This document shows, in pieces, positions 37,276 through 48,830 of a DNA stretch of 64,000 nt. Every line of letters begins with the position of its first letter. Position 1 is the first letter of the stretch. The stretch comes from Curvularia clavata. Its lineage: Eukaryota. Below the pieces are notes generated by a model, which saw only the letters and a list, made by a program, of their open reading frames with translations, was not told the DNA's origin and searched no databases. Location: the NCBI GenBank assembly GCA_023920165.1, contig CP089281.1, forward strand, positions 1,860,001 through 1,924,000, written 5' to 3'. A program made the translations under genes and the position numbers.

Positions 37276-38447
37276 ATGACCTCTTTTAATCACCCTGCAA
37301 TTGCACCAGGTTCCACCGTCCTCGTGACGGGTGCAAACGGCTTCGTAGGAGCGCATGTTTCAGACCAGCTTCTTCAGCAAGGCTACAGAGTGCGAGGCAC
37401 AGTCCGAGATGCCTCAAAACATCAATGGCTAGTGGAGAGATTCTCGGAAAAATACGGCAAGCATATGTTTGAACTCATTACCATCAAAGACATGAGAGAG
37501 CCGGGTGCATTTGATGGCGCAGTCTCAGGTACACTCCCTCAACCGAACTTCGAACCTTGAGACCCCTAACAGACTCTCATGATGTAGGTGTTTCTGGCGT
37601 CATGCATGTAGCCTCGGTGCGGAGCATGGATGTCACGCCGGAAGAGTTACTCCGAACCACCGTTGCGGGGACCCTGGGATGCTTGCAGGCTGCGGCTAAG
37701 GAGCCAAGTGTGAAGCGATTCGTACTAACTTCGTCTTCCGCTGCGGTCCGCTCACTGCAAGCTTACCGTGGAACGGATACAGTCTCTGCCGACGAATACG
37801 ATGACCAGACCCTAGCCTTGGCTAAGAACATCCCTAATGCTCTTCCACCAATGCATAAGTTTATGATCGCTTACTTTGCATCAAAGGTCGCAGCCGAAAA
37901 GGCTTTCTGGGAATGGATAAAGGACAACAAGCCACAATTTTCTGCCAATGCAGTGCTGCCCTGCACCATCTACGGGAGCCCACTTGACGTAACCCATCAG
38001 GGCTTCCCCTCTACCTCCAGGATCCCACTCCAAATTCTGGATGGCGATACTGAGTCCATTAAACACGTGCAGAGATGTACGTAATCCCTGTTCCACTGCC
38101 CTTAATCGCTCAGAATGACAGCTAACACTAGGAAAGTTTACTATGTCCATGTGCAGGACGTTGCTCGTCTTCATGTTGCGGGTTTGATTCGCCCGGATGT
38201 TAACAACGAACGTATATTTGCGTACGCTGCCTCTTATTCGATCAATGAGTTCTTTGACATCTTTGCGGGGGCCGTTCCGGGCTACAAGGCCCGAGAGAAG
38301 CTGCAGGGTCTAGATTTCCCGCTCGCCGAGATAGGACCCCGCGGAAAGGCAGAAGCGCTATTGAGGGACTTTGGCAGGCCAGGATTCATCGGATTGGAGG
38401 AAACTATAATTGACAGTGTGAAAACTCGTATCCATGCATCTTCGTAG
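37276..38447 (+). CDS. NAD(P)-dependent epimerase/dehydratase-family reductase (aldehyde reductase II-like)
   Basis: VLVTGANGFVG, GYRVRGTVR, VKRFVLTSSSAA, catalytic YFASK, VHVQDVARLHV; two introns. Confidence 0.92.
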
Positions 38448-39262
38448 CTTCGCCGGATTGTAGAAGTTATCTGTAGTGTATTTGACATGGGAACGCCGAA
38501 TACAAGCGCCAATGGGGTTGGCTCCATTGCTTTTCTCTTGATGCAATCTGGTGCTGGTACAGCCTCCAGTTCATATATTCAATCACGCGACTTGTCAAAT
38601 AAAGTAAACCTTACGTATCAGATGATTGATTAAGGGAAGGCAAAGACATTTTCATATGTTGTCAAGCAATTAGCGTACAAAAGGGATTCAGCAAAGGCGA
38701 TGCAGCAAAGGGATTCAGGTCAAATTGGTCCAGGAAATTCCCCTTTGTATCAGTTACCGGCACATGTGTTGTAGAAACGTTGATCTGTTTTCTGTGTATC
38801 CTGTACAGAGAATCAAGTGCTCATTACTCAATCGCGTAGGCAATAACTTCACGCAAGCAGATCATGTGACAAGTGCTAATTGCAGCACTGCCTGTTATAA
38901 CCATAGTGCTACATATGTAAGGCTATAGCATAAGTATGATACATTGTTCCCTGTAGTCGAAAAGTGAGTCCAAACATCAAGAGTAACAAGCTACTCATGT
39001 TCACCCAACAGCGTCCCTGCTAAGAATTCTAAAAAAAAACGACACAACTTGCGGCTAGAAAGCTTATGGAACTTCTCACCAGCATTAGGAGAATGTGCAT
39101 TGTAATTACATGTAAAAAATGCTACCATATCCACACAACAGCGACTAATAACATTGACCAGAAGAACCACGTGATTTAACATTAAAACCACAAATCCCTG
39201 CTTATCGCACGTGACAGCGACGCGTCTTATGAAAGATATTGCTATCTGAAATACTCAATCGC

Positions 39263-40709
39263 TTAGGGAATTTCTCCCTCCTCTGCCAATGCCTCACGCA
39301 TTGACTTGCTGTTTGGGTCCAAATAGGGCTTCTCTCCGATACCGCAAACACGGTATCCAAACCGTTCACCGTAGTCATCATAGTCCATGGTTGCATTGTG
39401 CACCATGCTGCGATTATCCCAGATAGCTGTTGTTTAAGTTAGTCTTATTTCGCTTTCTTCTTACGAGAGGGACTAGGCAGCATACCCATATCGTTTGGAC
39501 CTTGCCATCTGAATCGACACTGTAGATCGTGGTTGCGTAGCACGATATCCATAAGCCAGTTCAGAATCATGTCACTTTCCGGGGGTGTCAGGCCATTGAT
39601 AGAGCCAGGCTGTTGGAGGAGGGCGTCTGGTTAGTGGCATGCATATTTCAGGAACGTGAGAATTAACACATACATATGCTCCGATGGCGAAGACGCTCTT
39701 CCATCCGGTAACAGGATTTGTCCGGATGACAGGGTGAACGGCCTTCAGGGGGCTACCGGTGTTTTCCGGGTGACCGCGCGCGTCTGAGTACACTTTGATT
39801 TTCGTGTTGTTGATGATTTTCTCAAAGACTGTAGAGGGATTGATTAGCAGGCTGACAGTCTGGTGGCCATCTGACCTAGCTTCAACTCACATGGTGCAGT
39901 GTAGTTCGCAGTGTGTTGCTCTAGGAACTTTCGCATAGGCTCACTGAGACGGTCGTAGACTTCATAGCCAGATGCCCACAGTGTATCTAGGACAAATCAA
40001 TCAGTCTGGTATAGTAGTAGAAATGGCAATACGGATGCATACCTCCTCCAGCGGAAGGCAGTTCCACAAGTCGCAAGCATGTGTAATCGGAAGGCACTTG
40101 TTCGGATTGAATATCACTGTGCCATGATTCGAGTGCCTGCCTTGCGTTTCCTAGATCGCGGGGCGTGGCTTTGCCATTGACAAATTTCCTCTGGCGGGAG
40201 TTGATGGTACTAATGTGGAGGTCATCACCACCTCCCTCTCTCTGAGGGTTAATTACGGGGTGGATGTGTAAGGTGGACTCTTTCGGCTTGCCCACTAACT
40301 CGCCCATACGCTGGATTAGCGTCTTTTGCAAGTCATTAGTCATGTTATTCTGGTTACGGAAGAAGACAACGCCACGTCGAGATACTGCAAACAAATCATC
40401 TGTTAGTCGTGTTCTCTCATGAAACGTTTTCTCAAGCTTACTGGTAATAGCGAGGTCTCTTAGCATATCATCTGAATTTGGTGCGTTGAGCATGTCGACG
40501 AGATTTGCTTCGGGAAACTCGGTACCCACACTTGGTGTGACCTTGAATTGCTTGAGGGGATTAAGGACACCCTTCAGTTTTAGTGGCTTCGGAAAGCTGG
40601 TTTCCTGAGCAAATCCCCTCCGCAGCCATGGCGATCGAGCCTGCTGTGACGAGGAGAAACGTAAAACTGGAGCACTACGGCTCAACAAAATGGTGGCTGT
40701 TCTTGACAT
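39263..40709 (-). CDS. TauD-family 2-oxoglutarate-dependent (sulfonate-type) dioxygenase with mitochondrial-type N-terminus
   Basis: Multi-exon: TPSVGTEF, RGVVFFRNQ, WHSD, GGDTLWASGYEVYDRLS, HPVIRTNPVTGWKSVF, IWDNRSMVHNATMDY, GIGEKPYLDP; Arg/Ser-rich N-terminus lacking acidic residues. Confidence 0.92.
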
Positions 40710-41437
40710 TGTAGTTGCTGAAATCACTTCTTGTGGTTTTTAGAGGCAAGAGACACCAAATAGGTGGTTATTGGTCATATGGATGTGGCTTTGCTACTCC
40801 AATAATGTATTTTAAAAGAACTTAGTCACGAAAGGTAGGCCAGGTAGTCGGCGGATTTCTCCTGTTTTGCTATCGTACTCCGGCGCATAAATTTAACGTG
40901 ATATGGAACGGTGAAGGATGATCGCAATGGTTCACGCGTGATAATCGGCAGACTCAACGATGGCGTAGTCTGGACTGCATGACGAGCTATCCCTCATAGC
41001 AATAGCTGATGCAACATGACCCACAGCTGTGGGTCAAATATACACACGTCTTAAGTACGTAAGGTGTGTCTGAATTCGGGACATTTGTGGGACATCGGAC
41101 CGAACCCACGCTGCGGGACATTTTACCTGTACGGTTTCCAGATTTCGCATCTCAGAGTGGAGATGCTATTGATATCGCTACTTTGTTTACTTGCCGAGTG
41201 TTCAGTTGCTGTATCTGTTCAGTCGATATTGACATTGTACCGCTTCAGGCGGAAGTGTTGCTTAGCCACCGAGTCAAGTTTGGTATACCATAGCAGGTTT
41301 CCCGAATCTCGCACTTTCCACAAACACTCAATAGTGATTTATGAGAACATTCCTATTTGATTGATTGAAACTGAGGTTTATATTATTCTTTTTCCATCTC
41401 TTCTAGAAGCCAGAGAAACAACGGGTTTACACCAAAA

Positions 41438-42522
41438 ATGGGCAAAAAACTGATCGTTGTCACCGGTGCGACGGGTAACCAGGGCGGATCCATTGCTCGC
41501 GAGTTGCTCAAGACCGGAGAGTGGCACATCCGCGCTGTGACGAGAAACTCAAAAGGAGAAAAGGCGCAAAAGCTTGCTGCGATGGGCATGGAGGTTGTAG
41601 AAGCCAGCTATGATGATGAAGAATCTGTTCGAAGAGCTTTCACCGTGAGTCTCTCGATAACCATGCTTCAGAGATTACTTCTAACAGCATGACAGGGTGC
41701 GCAAGCCATCTTCGCCGTGACTAACTGGTGGGAAGGTTTCTTCAAGGGTTGCGGCCAGGCTGAGTCTGGCGAGATTGAAGAGCGCCAAGGTATCACACTC
41801 GCAAAGCTGGCAGCTGAAGTAGACACTTTGGAGCATTATATCTGGAGTACACTTCCTCCAGCAGAAGAGATCACCCACGGCAAATTCCCTGTCCCTCATT
41901 TCGACTACAAAGCCAAAGTCGACAATTACATTCGAAAGAACCTACCATCTCTCGCTGCCAAAACAACCTTCCTCATGTTTGCGTTCTATCCATCCAACTT
42001 TGCCTTCTTCCCCTTGTTGAAGCCGCTGCCCGTGGTAGGTGTACTCCACCTGAATACTTACTCTTAACGCAACTAATTTGAGGATAGGCTACCGCGCCAG
42101 GGACATACGTTTGGATGGTTCCAGCGGGTCCATCAACACTTTACCCAATGTCGGGCGATATGAGTAAAGACCCGGGTATTTGGGCACGCCAGATTCTTGC
42201 CAACCCTAAGTTAACGCATGGCAAATATGCTGCTGTCTGTACAGAAGTCATTACACTTGGGGAAGCACTCAAACAATGGGAGGCTGTATCAGGCAAGAAG
42301 GGCGTATATGTGGATGTAAAGCCAGAAGTTATCGGAGATTTATTTGGCCTGGCGGGCGAAGAAGCAGTTACTGGAGTGTTATTCGGCGTAGCAGTTCCGG
42401 ACTGGTTTGGTCACGTCAAGGAACAGAATCTTTTCGTTACTAAGGAGGAGCTGGGTATCTCGGCGGATGAAGTCTCCAACTTCAAGCAGAGTCTTGAGGC
42501 GGTAAAACAGTTTTTGGGTTGA
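41438..42522 (+). CDS. NmrA-like family protein
   Basis: IVVTGATGNQGGS, IRAVTRN, AIFAVTNWW, HYIWSTL, VPHFDYK; two introns. Confidence 0.92.
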
Positions 42523-43786
42523 ACACTCAGAGATATGAACTTTTCACACTGGCTGTGATATCAGAAATAGAATACGATTACTAAAAGGCCTGTTGTAATT
42601 TATCTTCCCGCGCTCCTAGTGTTACTTCTCCACTCTGCAGGTGACACCATTTCACCGCGCTTAGCGTTATTTTAGGCAGGCTTTTATCTTCATGACTCTT
42701 TTCATGCCGACACCATACATGCCAGACACGTGCCGTGGAGGTTCAAACGCCAGAGGGGTCTCGAAACAAAGGCTCAAGATGGTGTGACCCAGGCCGTTCT
42801 CCTTGGACGGGTGACAGGGTCCTAGCCGGTTGGAAAAGTGGGTCTTTACCTCTGGTATGTACTCGGGTAGCGATAAACAAATAAGGTGGCTCTAATTTCA
42901 CAATTGGGGTACGTACATACACATAGCTGATGATGCATACTACCTCACTGAGACTGTAGGCATGTACTCGATCGGACAAAAAGACCACATGTTCGACCAT
43001 GCAATCGGGATGCAACCGAAGAAGGGCCTTTTGAATATATTCTCTCAATGCGCTAGTCTCCACATGAGTTTCTCGGATCCCTTGATTGGCTGAACGACAG
43101 AAGGTACCCAGGTTATGAGGAAGGTGTACAGCTACGAGCGCCTTTCAGTTGCTAGGGCCTCTGAATAGCGTACAGACTCTGTACTGCTCATTGCTGACGT
43201 GGCCCTGTCGCCACTTCGGTCCGAAAGACTTCGTCTCCGTATGATCGATGTATACACCCTGTGGCGTTCTTTGTGAGCCATGGTGTTGGTCTTCCAATGA
43301 TGCCCCAGTTTGGATTTGGAGAAGCCCCTTACAAAGGAGCCAATCAAGCGTTGTCTTGCCTCGGTTCGGTAACAGCTCTACTAAGGGTTCGTCAATGGAG
43401 CTAGGTAATGGGGCTCCACTATTAGACATCGTTATTAAGGACCCAGTTTTGGAGGGTGGTTGTACGAAAGGCAGCGCGTATCTTATCTGCTTAAACTCTA
43501 AAATGCAACTACAGAAGGCCCTTTTGAATCGACTCCCTTTGCCCGCAACTTTCCGCACATAGACCCTGGCCGATGTGAAAACCGTACCCTGATCGCGCGT
43601 ATGCATCACTGCCATCCGGCGAGAGCGTGGGTCTCAGCGTTTCCGATACACTTCGTATGCATGTGTTCCGATCTGACTCTAGTGCGACCTCTCACATGTT
43701 GTTAAGTATATACAGTTTAGGTATATCTATCGCGGGATTGTCTTTACTTACTATCTATCGAACTAATCGCCAACACCGAGTCAATC

Positions 43787-45283
43787 ATGCAGGAGAACGA
43801 CCCAAGCGCAAAGGGCAGTGGCCCAGCATCGAAACCCACCAAGTACCGCCTTGCGTGCGACAGCTGTCAACAATCCAAGATTCGATGTGACCAGGAACGG
43901 CCAAAATGTCGCAGATGTGCAAAGAAGGGTATGGAGTGTGTCTACAGTCCTGCAAAACGAGCGGGACGCCCTCGAACTCGCAACAACAGCAAGAGCTCCG
44001 CCTATTCTGAACCCAGTTCATCTGCGAGCCAAAGGGCGTATCCAACACCTATAATGGAGAACTGTATCACTGTTTCAACCTCGAATTGGATGTCACTATC
44101 GGCTACCGACGACTGCTCCAACTCCAGCACCGGGTCCAACGCCTCAGCCTTCTCGAGTTTGGCTCAGACTTTCCAGATGCCTAGCCCTGAAGATATAGAC
44201 TTCTCTCTATATCAACAACCAGATGAAGAGTTCCTGCAAGTTCCAACAAACTTCACTGGCTCGCAGTGCGGAACACCAAAACAAAACATCAATTGTTATT
44301 ATCCCACATCTCCCAGTTTTAACATCGCTCCAGAACTTCTCAACCTAGATTTCCGCAGAGCATGGGAGCATCCGCAGGAACAGAAGCAACAACCAGAACA
44401 ACAGGGTCATGAACAGCACCAACAAAATGCCGCAGCCATGCTCCTTGACGAAGGCCTGCCTTACTTTGGTTTAATCAACCCAGAGGATCCTCAACCAATC
44501 CATCCTCCGGAACAGCAACAAGAAGAAACGGCAATCTCGTCTTTAGAAAACTACCACCACTTCCAAGGATGCAGCCCACCAATTTCTCAAACGCAACAAG
44601 AGCAACCACAATACACACAGCCCTCAGACCAAGCCTCTCCCTCCAGCAGGTCATGCAAATGCGTTACTGCTCTCCTGGATCATCTAACTACATCCCCTCA
44701 TACGTCCGCTTCCTCATCCCTTGAAACTATCTCGGCCGCACTCTCTACCTCCAGGACACTTATTTCCAGCTGCTGTGCCGCCATAGCATGTCCCAACGCC
44801 TGTTCTGCACGCCCCTCATCGGCGCTCGTCATCTGCGAAGCCATTGACCGTGCTCTCATTTCGCTCAAATTGAGCGGTACTTCTCTTTGGAACTCCACAC
44901 GAGTTCCTGCTCCAAACTATGAGAATGGGACGTGTTCGCCACCATCGTCTTCATCATCGCCATCGTCCAGCAAAAGCAGCGGTCATGGCAATGACATCAT
45001 GCTTCCCTCGTCATTGGTAGACGAGGAGCACGAGCCGTTGCGCTGCGGATCGCTACCGATCCGAGGCGCCGACAGACGGGCCGTTGTCAGGGTACTGTTG
45101 GTGAAGCGGGTGCTGGAGGTGCAGGGGGTGCTAGAGCGATTGCGGGACACTTTGCTATCAGGGTCTTTGGTTGGCGGGGATGTGACAGTGAAGAAGCCGC
45201 TGCTGACGCTATGTGCCGACGTCGTCGGAGAGTTCGCCGTGAAGGTGGCGGAAAGGGTGGAAACTGTAAAATTGCAGATGTGA
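43787..45283 (+). CDS. Zn(II)2Cys6 pathway-specific transcription factor (AflR-like architecture)
   Basis: ACDSCQQSKIRCDQERPKCRRCAKKGMECVYS binuclear cluster, Q-rich middle, and a C-terminal CKC..CPNAC..LRCGSL domain. Confidence 0.93.
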   Translation: MQENDPSAKGSGPASKPTKYRLACDSCQQSKIRCDQERPKCRRCAKKGMECVYSPAKRAGRPRTRNNSKSSAYSEPSSSASQRAYPTPIMENCITVSTSNWMSLSATDDCSNSSTGSNASAFSSLAQTFQMPSPEDIDFSLYQQPDEEFLQVPTNFTGSQCGTPKQNINCYYPTSPSFNIAPELLNLDFRRAWEHPQEQKQQPEQQGHEQHQQNAAAMLLDEGLPYFGLINPEDPQPIHPPEQQQEETAISSLENYHHFQGCSPPISQTQQEQPQYTQPSDQASPSSRSCKCVTALLDHLTTSPHTSASSSLETISAALSTSRTLISSCCAAIACPNACSARPSSALVICEAIDRALISLKLSGTSLWNSTRVPAPNYENGTCSPPSSSSSPSSSKSSGHGNDIMLPSSLVDEEHEPLRCGSLPIRGADRRAVVRVLLVKRVLEVQGVLERLRDTLLSGSLVGGDVTVKKPLLTLCADVVGEFAVKVAERVETVKLQM

Positions 45284-45922
45284 CATAACCAGGGCATACA
45301 CAGTACTACTGCAAGAACTAGGGTCGAGACCTCATGGAGGCAGGAGGGAAGGCCCGTCGCCTACCCTTGTTAGTCTGATGTGAAGAACGCACTGCCTGTG
45401 CAGGGTGATTGTCTGGTGTGTATCAGTTGAATGCGTTGGAATCGATGCACGAATGTGACCATCCCTAGCCCTCGTGATCGAACGGTTATACAGATACATT
45501 ATACAGCAAGTATAGAACTTAATGCACTATGAATTCGTATATCACTTTTGATTAATCCATCAGCTCAGAAAGACAAATGCTTATGATAGGAAATCGGGTA
45601 AGATAGTTGTTTACTGTAGATCATTCAATACTAAGAAGATGCTTCGCAATATAAACTACTTTGGTAAGACTTGCAGGGGCTATGGTGAACTATTACGACG
45701 GCCGAGATGCGCCCATATCCGCTCAATGCGCCCACGTCCGTTTAATGTATTGACAGGCATTCCTACATAGATCAGTATGAACCCTGGCTTCTTGCCTACC
45801 CTAGGGGAATCATAGTGAGGTCAAATGACGGCATATTCGCGTGATGATCTCTATTTACAATGTGAGTGGTGGCGGTATGTCTCCAACAAAATGGAGGACG
45901 AGGGAGCAAAAAATAAAAAACA

Positions 45923-46011
45923 AGGGCCGAACCGGAGTCGAACCGGTGACTTCGGGAAGGCGGTTTTTGGGAGAACTGCAGTCCTACACTCTACCACTGA
46001 GTTACCGGCCC
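45923..46011 (-). tRNA. tRNA-Cys(GCA) with intron; imperfect anticodon stem
   Basis: Minus strand GGGCCGG-TA-ACTCAGTGGTAGAGT-G-TAGGA-CTGCAG-[intron]-TCCCG-AAGTC-ACCGGTTCGACTCCGGT-TCGGCCC-T, followed by an oligo-T Pol III terminator. Confidence 0.88.
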
Positions 46012-46359
46012 AGAGTAGATGAGATGAAATTTCGATCAATAGTAAAAAATATCATGTCAGTAAAGTTGTGGCCAGAAATTCGGAAACTTCTAGCCCCGCT
46101 CACCCCCGCCCACCCCTCTTCGCTTGCAATCTCACGATAACATTGCTAGATCGGATCTATGCGATCAAACTTTCCTGTATAGGTGATTGTACAGTAATAT
46201 ACACTTTTCGCCCACATAATATATTACAAGTTTGCCAAGACTTTATTCTTACATCCACCTCTTGAATTCAGGCCATTCAGCTTGTGCTTATGCTCTGTGG
46301 ATTTCTTTATCGCTTCCACAAACACAATAGCTAGTATCTCTGGCGCAAATGCGCTATGT

Positions 46360-47491
46360 CTAATCCCAACGGGTCTCCTTCTTCAGTGGCTTTTCCCAGT
46401 CCTTGATGTGATCAGAGATGACCTTTGCAGCTTGGTCAGCCGTGAAGTTTCGTCCAATAGCTTCCACAAAGTCGCCCTCGGGATCTGTAGCTGTATGTTA
46501 GCCCCATTGCTTTCTATGCGCTTCTTCAACTTAAAACGTACCCATCAAGTAAAAGTAGATGCTGTGATCCACTAGATAGTCCTGTCCAGGTTTCACGTTA
46601 TTGGGTGTGCTGAAGTACACCCTATATGCCTTGCATGTACTCTTGATCTGCTCATAATCGCCCGTCAAGCCAATGAAATCGGGATGAAACTCAGCCAAGT
46701 ACTCCTTCAGCACCTTGGGATTATCGCGCGCCGGATCGCAGGTGATCATGATTGGGAGAATAACGTTGCCGCATTCCGCAACAACCTTGTCGTACATGAG
46801 AGCCATCTTGTCGAGTTCGTCGGGGCAGATATCGGGGCAATGGGTAAAGCCGAAGTAGACCTGCCATACTCATTCAGTATATCGCGTCGAAAGAAGCTCG
46901 CATTGGCTCACATACCAATGAATATTTGCCCAGCATGTCGACATTGCTGAATGGATTTCCATTCTGGTCCACGAGCTGGAACGGCCCACCGACCTTAGGC
47001 TTGCCTATACCTTTTGTTTGCTCCGCTATCCGCTTCCGTGCCATGCGCTCCTTCTCGTATGTGAAATACGCCCATAGTCCGCCACCCGCTGCGACAAACA
47101 GGACCGCCGCTGTAAGGTTGAATGGCTAGAAATTGTGTCAACAAATGAACAATAACACCCGCATGTCATCCGACATGTATTCTTCAAAGAGTATCGAACG
47201 TACCCCGCCCTTGTTCCTAGCCCGAATCTGATCAATTGTCTTGAGCTTGCTTCGCGATGCAGATTGCGAAAAGGCTCGCATCTGTCGCTGCGAGCTACTC
47301 GCGGTTTTTCCCACTCCAATCTGTGACCTCTGTAACTCCTTCAAACATGTCGTGTTCAGCGCCGTGGCATTCCGTGATGTTGCGGACACATTCCGTGTGC
47401 TGGAGGTAAAGGTACGTTGCGAGACGGTCGTTATGGATGGGTTCTTCAGATTCCTGGTGGCCGTAGCCAAGCATCTACTCGAGACGGACAT
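46360..47491 (-). CDS. SCO1: Sco1 copper chaperone for cytochrome c oxidase
   Basis: Presequence, single TM segment, GKPKVGGPFQLVD, VYFGFTHCPDICPDELDKM, DYLVDHSIYFYLM; three introns. Confidence 0.96.
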
Positions 47492-48247
47492 GGCAATCGC
47501 AGCGTCGAAAGGCGTATCGTGATGCGGTGTGGCGGTTTGACGATGCGAGATACTTTTCTCGCAATTCGAAATGCAACATTCGTGCACGGGCCAGTGTCGA
47601 ATGACATCGTAATCAACAGCTCTCTCTTACTTGTCACGAAACTCAATTAACCATTATGCAAGCATCCGAGGTATCTTTTAATTCAGAACTCTGCAGCCCT
47701 ACAAGGGGATCCTTGACTCGAGAAGTGACGAAATTCGAAGTTGTTTCAGTCTTCCTATTTCATCGCCTTTCTTTGCAATGCGGGGAACAAAAGATGGTAT
47801 TTCTAGTTTCATATTTGTTTTTGCACGCACAGCAGATCTACATCTATGAGAGTAATCATGGAAGTGACGCTGCGATCTACATGCACCGTGTTAATCCCTT
47901 ACCAAGCCTACCCGTCTACCAGGCACACGGCTTCATACCTAGAACAGTGTACTATATGCAATCAGTCACTCCCGCTTATGGGCATGTGCCTCATCCGCGC
48001 TTAAAAGCCTGCTTATAATGCCATAATTTTAACAAGAGGATCAATTCATATCCCACAGAATAACCCGCTGGGGCATGTATGCCCTTGGTTTGGTAACCTG
48101 GGTGATGTCGAGAAATTCAATTGATGTCACTTCGATTGCAGGCAGCGTTATGCAAACTACCCGAACGTTGCCCCAAGTATTTCAAAGCCAATGCTCCATT
48201 CTACAACTCTCTGTCTCATCTCACACGTGTGCTCGGAAACTTATATT

Positions 48248-48830
48248 CTACACACATTCACCACAGAAACATCTACCAGTGTCATAGCCATAGCTAGTAG
48301 CATCATAATCATCCCATCCAGCATGATAGAGCCCACATTTGCTCGTGATTCTCCCGCTCGACCTCTGGCGTTCAGAACTGCTACATTGTGCCCAGCGCAG
48401 GTCGGAAAAATTGCAGAAGAAGGCAACTACATTGCCACTAATAGCATAGTAGTTGTGACGAGGCTTAGTCGCTCCATATGTGTTGCATTGGCGGTCGAGG
48501 TCAGCATTTGCCCAGTCAGTGTCCTAAATCAAATTAGTGAGGCGCCTTGTTTGCTGGATCGCGAGGACTGACACCGCGGTTCATGTTTGCACTAGCACCG
48601 CATTTAACACCCTCGCTCCTACGGTGTAGAGAGCGAACGGAATCTGGCACCTCGGTTTTGGCACTCAAATGGGATTCTGAGTAGTCCGTGGCATCTGCGA
48701 TCTTGATGTGGACGTCGAGACCATTGGCATCGACGTGATGCTCGTAGACACCGTCTTCAGTGCCATCTGGGATGATGAAGGCACTAGATGCGCCAAGGAA
48801 AGCAAAAAAGATCCAATTTTTGATGAGCAT
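48248..48830 (-). CDS. Small secreted cysteine-rich protein (effector candidate)
   Basis: Signal peptide MLIKNWIFFAFLGASSA, acidic pro-region ending LHRR, one intron, then a mature domain with 8 Cys ending GRCFCGECV*. Confidence 0.8.

Noticed and set aside
38680..38720. Short imperfect tandem repeats (AAAGGGATTCAG; also ~45707-45745)
   Set aside because: Only two to three degenerate copies with no spacer or mobile-element structure.
42743..43615. Minus-strand ORFs containing KALLRLHPD (J-domain-like) and GKTTL (P-loop-like)
   Set aside because: Isolated short motifs without the surrounding domain; could be a decayed gene but cannot be supported without BLASTX.
7415..47491. SHY1, RSM22 and SCO1 (mitochondrial/COX-related) in one window
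   Set aside because: Separated by many unrelated genes; consistent with chance.
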